A stretch of 64,000 bases of DNA from Tubulanus polymorphus (Eukaryota; Animalia; Nemertea). Below the pieces are notes generated by a model. The model did no database searches and had not been told where the DNA came from. It saw nothing but the letters and a program-made list of their open reading frames with translations. The stretch is from the NCBI RefSeq assembly GCF_964204645.1, contig NC_134034.1:8444962-8508961 (forward strand). Direction: 5' to 3'. Position 1 is the first letter of the stretch. The number at the start of each line of letters is the position of its first letter. Of this stretch, positions 60,392 to 64,000 are shown piece by piece. The position numbers and the translations under genes were made by a program.

Positions 60392-60739
60392 TTTAATACT
60401 ATATTTTTTATTAAAATTGATTTTAGAAGTTCAATGATTTAAATGTTATTCATTTATGTGAATATTTTAAGAGTAATAGGGATAATGGGCTTTCAAGCTA
60501 AAGGTTGAACGTGCGGGTGAGTAAAAATGAAAAAACATAAAAATAATTACAATTTCTACTTGAATTAGGAGTGAAACTCATAAAATGAAAAATTAATTCG
60601 AGCGTGTGAAAATTAATTTTTCATTTTTATGAGTTTTGCGAGTAATTCAAGTAGAAATTGTAATTATTTTTATGTTTTTTCATTTTTTACGAGCTCGACC
60701 GTTCGACCTTTGGCTTGAAAGCCCATTATCCCTATTACT
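60278..60739 (-). repeat. Right TIR of copy B, including a 268-bp terminal palindrome (60472-60739)
   Basis: AGTAATAGGGATAATGGGCTTTCAAG...CTTGAAAGCCCATTATCCCTATTACT. Confidence 0.93.
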
Positions 60740-60884
60740 GCTATTTATTCATTTATTTACTACAGGATAGTAACACGCTCGAAATTTCTATCAAACATTT
60801 TCTTTCATAAAACACGATCATGCATCTTTTTGCGGCCCTGCAACGAAAGTCGTATATATGCCTTTCGAACTTACGTATCGACAT

Positions 60885-60908
60885 CCTAACCCTAACCCTA
60901 ACTCTAAC
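60885..60908. repeat. Short interstitial (CCCTAA)n tract
   Basis: CCTAACCCTAACCCTAACTCTAAC. Confidence 0.7.
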
Positions 60909-61329
60909 AGTTAGATCTGTAAAAACAGTTCATTTTCCTTACAGTTCGAGGCTTTAACTAAGCCTCGTCATCAGAGGAACAACAAACAATATCTTCATGT
61001 TGAAACCGGCCATATATTCAATTACAATCAAAGCGAGTTAATATATATCCATGCAATGATCTTAAAAAAAATCACACACAACAGAAAATCCCAATGCTGT
61101 GAATCTCTACGCTTAGATTGATATCAGTTAATTGCAGACACATAATGTGGTGGCGATTTGATGGTGTTTTGAATAGGGAAGAGTGCGGTTTTAAGGAGGA
61201 GGACATCATAATTTTGAGGAATTCAAGATTTTTAAACATTAAAAGTGTAAGTAAAGTGCGATTGAAATAATACATGATATAAATCATTGAACTTCTAAAA
61301 TCAATTTAGTAAAAAAATATGTATAATAA

Positions 61330-61983
61330 ATGGAATCAGAACAACCACAAACTATCAATATTACAAATAACACTGGCGTCATAAATATATACTACAAGAA
61401 GTGTTCTAAATGTGAATTAGATAAATTAGCTTTAACAGAATTTAGTAAGCGTAAGATTAGCAAAGATGGTTTTCAATATTGCTGTAAAACTTGTACTAAA
61501 CTATATACCAAACAATATCGAGAAGATAATAGAGAAGCTTACAATGATTATATGACAGAATATATGAGAGAAAGATATCAAACAGATCTTAATTTTAGAT
61601 TGAAACAATGCTTAAGATCTAGATTAACACAATTATTCAACAAAGAAACGCATTCAGAAACACTATCTAATTTATTGGGTTGTTCAGGTGAATTTTTCAT
61701 ATCATGGATAATATATCAATTCGACGATAAAATGAATATAGATAATTATGGTGAATACTTTCATATTGATCACGTGTTGCCGATTTCTAAATTTGACATG
61801 AATGATGAATACAATAAAAAATTTATTTGGAATTGGAAGAATTTAAGACCTTTAGAAAAGAAGGAAAATATAATTAAATCTAACAAACTAGATATGAAAT
61901 TATATTTAGATCAACTGGATAAAGCAAAGACATTTGTTGAATTATGGAATTCAACACATAATGAAAAATACGTTGAAGCTTAA
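61330..61983 (+). CDS. HNH-type endonuclease with zinc finger
   Basis: Intact homolog of 4469-5137 and 59395-60060. Confidence 0.82.
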   Translation: MESEQPQTINITNNTGVINIYYKKCSKCELDKLALTEFSKRKISKDGFQYCCKTCTKLYTKQYREDNREAYNDYMTEYMRERYQTDLNFRLKQCLRSRLTQLFNKETHSETLSNLLGCSGEFFISWIIYQFDDKMNIDNYGEYFHIDHVLPISKFDMNDEYNKKFIWNWKNLRPLEKKENIIKSNKLDMKLYLDQLDKAKTFVELWNSTHNEKYVEA

Positions 61984-62445
61984 ACGCTTAGAAAACCGGT
62001 TACTCTCGATCTATGTCAAACCGCCTATATGTAATTGTATTAGGTTGTTTACAAAAACATCTGTGCCGTCTTTCATATTCAGTTGAATGGGGCGCAGCTC
62101 ATTTGAATATTGATCGAATGTGCTATTTCAGTTGAAAAGGATTAATCAATTACATCACAAAGGAACATCTGTTACAATCCAATAAACAATAGCAGTGAGA
62201 TATCAAATAGAATTTAAATAAAATATAATAAAAAAACAATAACTTCAACTAGCTAGTGAATTCTATTATATTTTTAATATTTTCTTTTCAAGAAGAGAAT
62301 ACTTTATATTTTGAATAGATTCAAATAGAAATTCTTTAAATTCAAATAGCTAGTATCAGTAGTCAATACTAGAATCCTTTAGCTTTAACTAGCTAGTATC
62401 ATTTGAAGAATACTTATATTTTTTTGCTTTTTTTCTCTAATATAA

Positions 62446-63048
62446 ATGTCAAAGAAATCTAATAAGAATAGTATTGATATTGAAAAAACATTAGATGATT
62501 TGGGTATAAGTGATAATAAAGATACAGTTGTAACTAGTTGTGCTCGAGTTAATTGTAATATAGATTATGAATACTATTTATATTGCAAGCATCATCTAGA
62601 ACTATTGATTGCCGGTGGAAAAACTAACGAGTTTTTAAATGGAATTATTACTTTTCAAGAATTAGACTCTATGAAACCAGATAAAGTAATAAAATATTTT
62701 AAGATTTATGAAGAAGCTAGATTAGCTAGAATAAATGATTCTATTTCAGATGGTATTGGCAAATGTTATTCTAAGTTATGTAACCGGTTAATACCAATTG
62801 ATGATGAAAATAAATTATATAGTGATTCGAAAAATGACTACTTAGTTATGACTGAATTACAAAAATGGGTTGGATATGCTTCATTTCAATTAGGATCGGT
62901 TATGACATTAATTTCTACCGGTGTCATAACATTTTCGAACATCAAACCTATGGAATATAAATCAGGTAAGAACGAAACAGATGTACTACAACCAAACGTC
63001 GAAACAGAAAATGAATCAGAACAAAAATTAACTAAAATAAATGAGTGA
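62446..63048 (+). CDS. Conserved Polinton hypothetical protein
   Basis: Homolog of 57263-57865. Confidence 0.85.
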   Translation: MSKKSNKNSIDIEKTLDDLGISDNKDTVVTSCARVNCNIDYEYYLYCKHHLELLIAGGKTNEFLNGIITFQELDSMKPDKVIKYFKIYEEARLARINDSISDGIGKCYSKLCNRLIPIDDENKLYSDSKNDYLVMTELQKWVGYASFQLGSVMTLISTGVITFSNIKPMEYKSGKNETDVLQPNVETENESEQKLTKINE

Positions 63049-63409
63049 TAGCGTTAAGAAAAAGGATTGATCTGAAAAACAAATTAAATGGGCAAGAGAA
63101 TTAGGTGAAAGATCTTCAGAATTAAAAAAAGCTAAGAAAAAGAAATTAACTGATATAAATGAATCACAGACTTTATCTGATATTGATTCAAATAACAATC
63201 CATCTGATTCTTCTAATGCTGGAAGTAATTATAAATTATATATTACAATTGGATTAGTAACAGTTATTATATTATCCGGTGTAATATATAAATCAAAATT
63301 CAAATCTGATGATAAAGATGATTCCAATGACAATAAACCTATCATACCAGAAAATAAATCAAATCATAAAGCCATTGAAACTAAATCTAAATTATTATTA
63401 ATGGATTAA
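63041..63409 (+). pseudogene. Small basic TM protein with premature TGA at 63068
   Basis: Homolog of 56884-57270. Confidence 0.8.
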
Positions 63410-63415
63410 AAGAAG

Positions 63416-64000
63416 ATGAAAAAAGAACAATATTTAAGAGAGTTATATTATAACCCAGAAAGTGAAGTATCATGTTCTAACGTTTCAGAATTATGGGGTA
63501 AAATTAAATCTGATAATGAAAATATAAAATATAGTGAATTGAAATCATGGTTACAAAATCAACCAACATATCAAATCCATAAGAAAATGGATAAAACTTA
63601 TTTAACAAGAAAAGTTATGGTTTCATATATTGATCAACAATGGCAAGCAGATTTAATTTACATGAAGAGCTTAGAAGAATACAACAAAGGATATTTCTGG
63701 ATATTAAATGTTATAGACATATTCAGTAGATACGCATGGTCAATTCCAAAAATAAAACTTGTATAGAAGCAACAAATGCTTTTAAATCAATATTTAAAGA
63801 AGCTATACCAGATAAGATACAATTTGATGAAGGTAAGGAATTTTATAACAAACATTTTAAAAAACTATTATCTGATAACGATGTAAATTATTTTTCAACA
63901 CTCTCAGATAAAAAAGCATCTATTATAGAAAGATTTAATAAAACATTGAAAACTAGAATGTGGAAATATTTTATTGCTAATGAAACATATAAATATATCG
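63416..64000 (+). pseudogene. INT: rve integrase, frameshifted, partial
   Basis: WQADL motif; FDEGKEF and IERFNKTLK in shifted frames. Confidence 0.9.

Larger units (their letters stand above)
42381..60739. mobile_element. Complete Polinton/Maverick copy B (18,359 bp)
   Basis: 5'-AGT...ACT-3' ends; 6-bp TSD GCTATT at 42375-42380 and 60740-60745; TIRs; pPolB, INT, ATPase, MCP and mCP. Confidence 0.97.
61226..64000 (+). mobile_element. Polinton copy C: terminus truncated, runs off the window
   Basis: TIR-like AGATTTTTAAACATTAAAAGTG followed directly by HNH, the 200-aa gene, the TM gene and INT. Confidence 0.9.

Noticed and set aside
60885-60908. True telomere or telomere-targeted insertion
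   Set aside because: Only about four units, internal, and 145 bp from the TSD. It is at most a weak hint of a TTAGGG-type host.
61984-62200. OMEGA/Fanzor-like guide RNA downstream of the HNH nuclease
   Set aside because: The protein has no RuvC or IscB features, the downstream region is absent in copy A and poorly conserved between B and C, and no convincing structure is visible.
1-64000. Prophage or bacterial origin
   Set aside because: No Shine-Dalgarno pattern; chromodomain integrase, spliceosomal signals, microsatellites and MITEs indicate a eukaryotic nuclear genome.

Overview
AT-rich eukaryotic genomic DNA, most likely from an invertebrate animal. It is dominated by a cluster of four related Polinton/Maverick (adintovirus-like) endogenous viral elements. 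Copy A spans <1-15630 and is decayed. Fragment D spans 41020-41882. Copy B spans 42381-60739, is complete and near intact, and has AGT...ACT ends and a 6-bp target-site duplication (GCTATT). Copy C spans ~61226->64000 and is truncated. Across the copies the family encodes a protein-primed PolB, a retroviral-type integrase with chromodomain, an A32-like packaging ATPase, major and minor jelly-roll capsid proteins, an NCLDV-type HNH nuclease and several small membrane proteins. I see no recognisable adenain protease and no RNA polymerase. Four features stand out. (1) Upstream motifs resemble poxvirus promoter classes: T-run+TAAATG on structural genes, A-run+TAAA(A)TGG on replication genes, and AAAAATGAAAAA in the termini. 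This suggests an endogenous virophage-like parasite of a pox-like virus (inference). (2) The ends carry long covarying terminal hairpins. (3) The four copies show four different terminal gene orders, exchanged at a shared promoter/start motif. (4) A variable cargo site behind the HNH gene holds, in copy B, a decayed intron-containing gene. The interval 15.6-41 kb is host DNA with a probable signal-peptide first exon, minisatellites, MITEs, large inverted repeats, a tRNA-derived sequence and a degenerate hammerhead. All calls come from reading the sequence and motifs; no database search was run.
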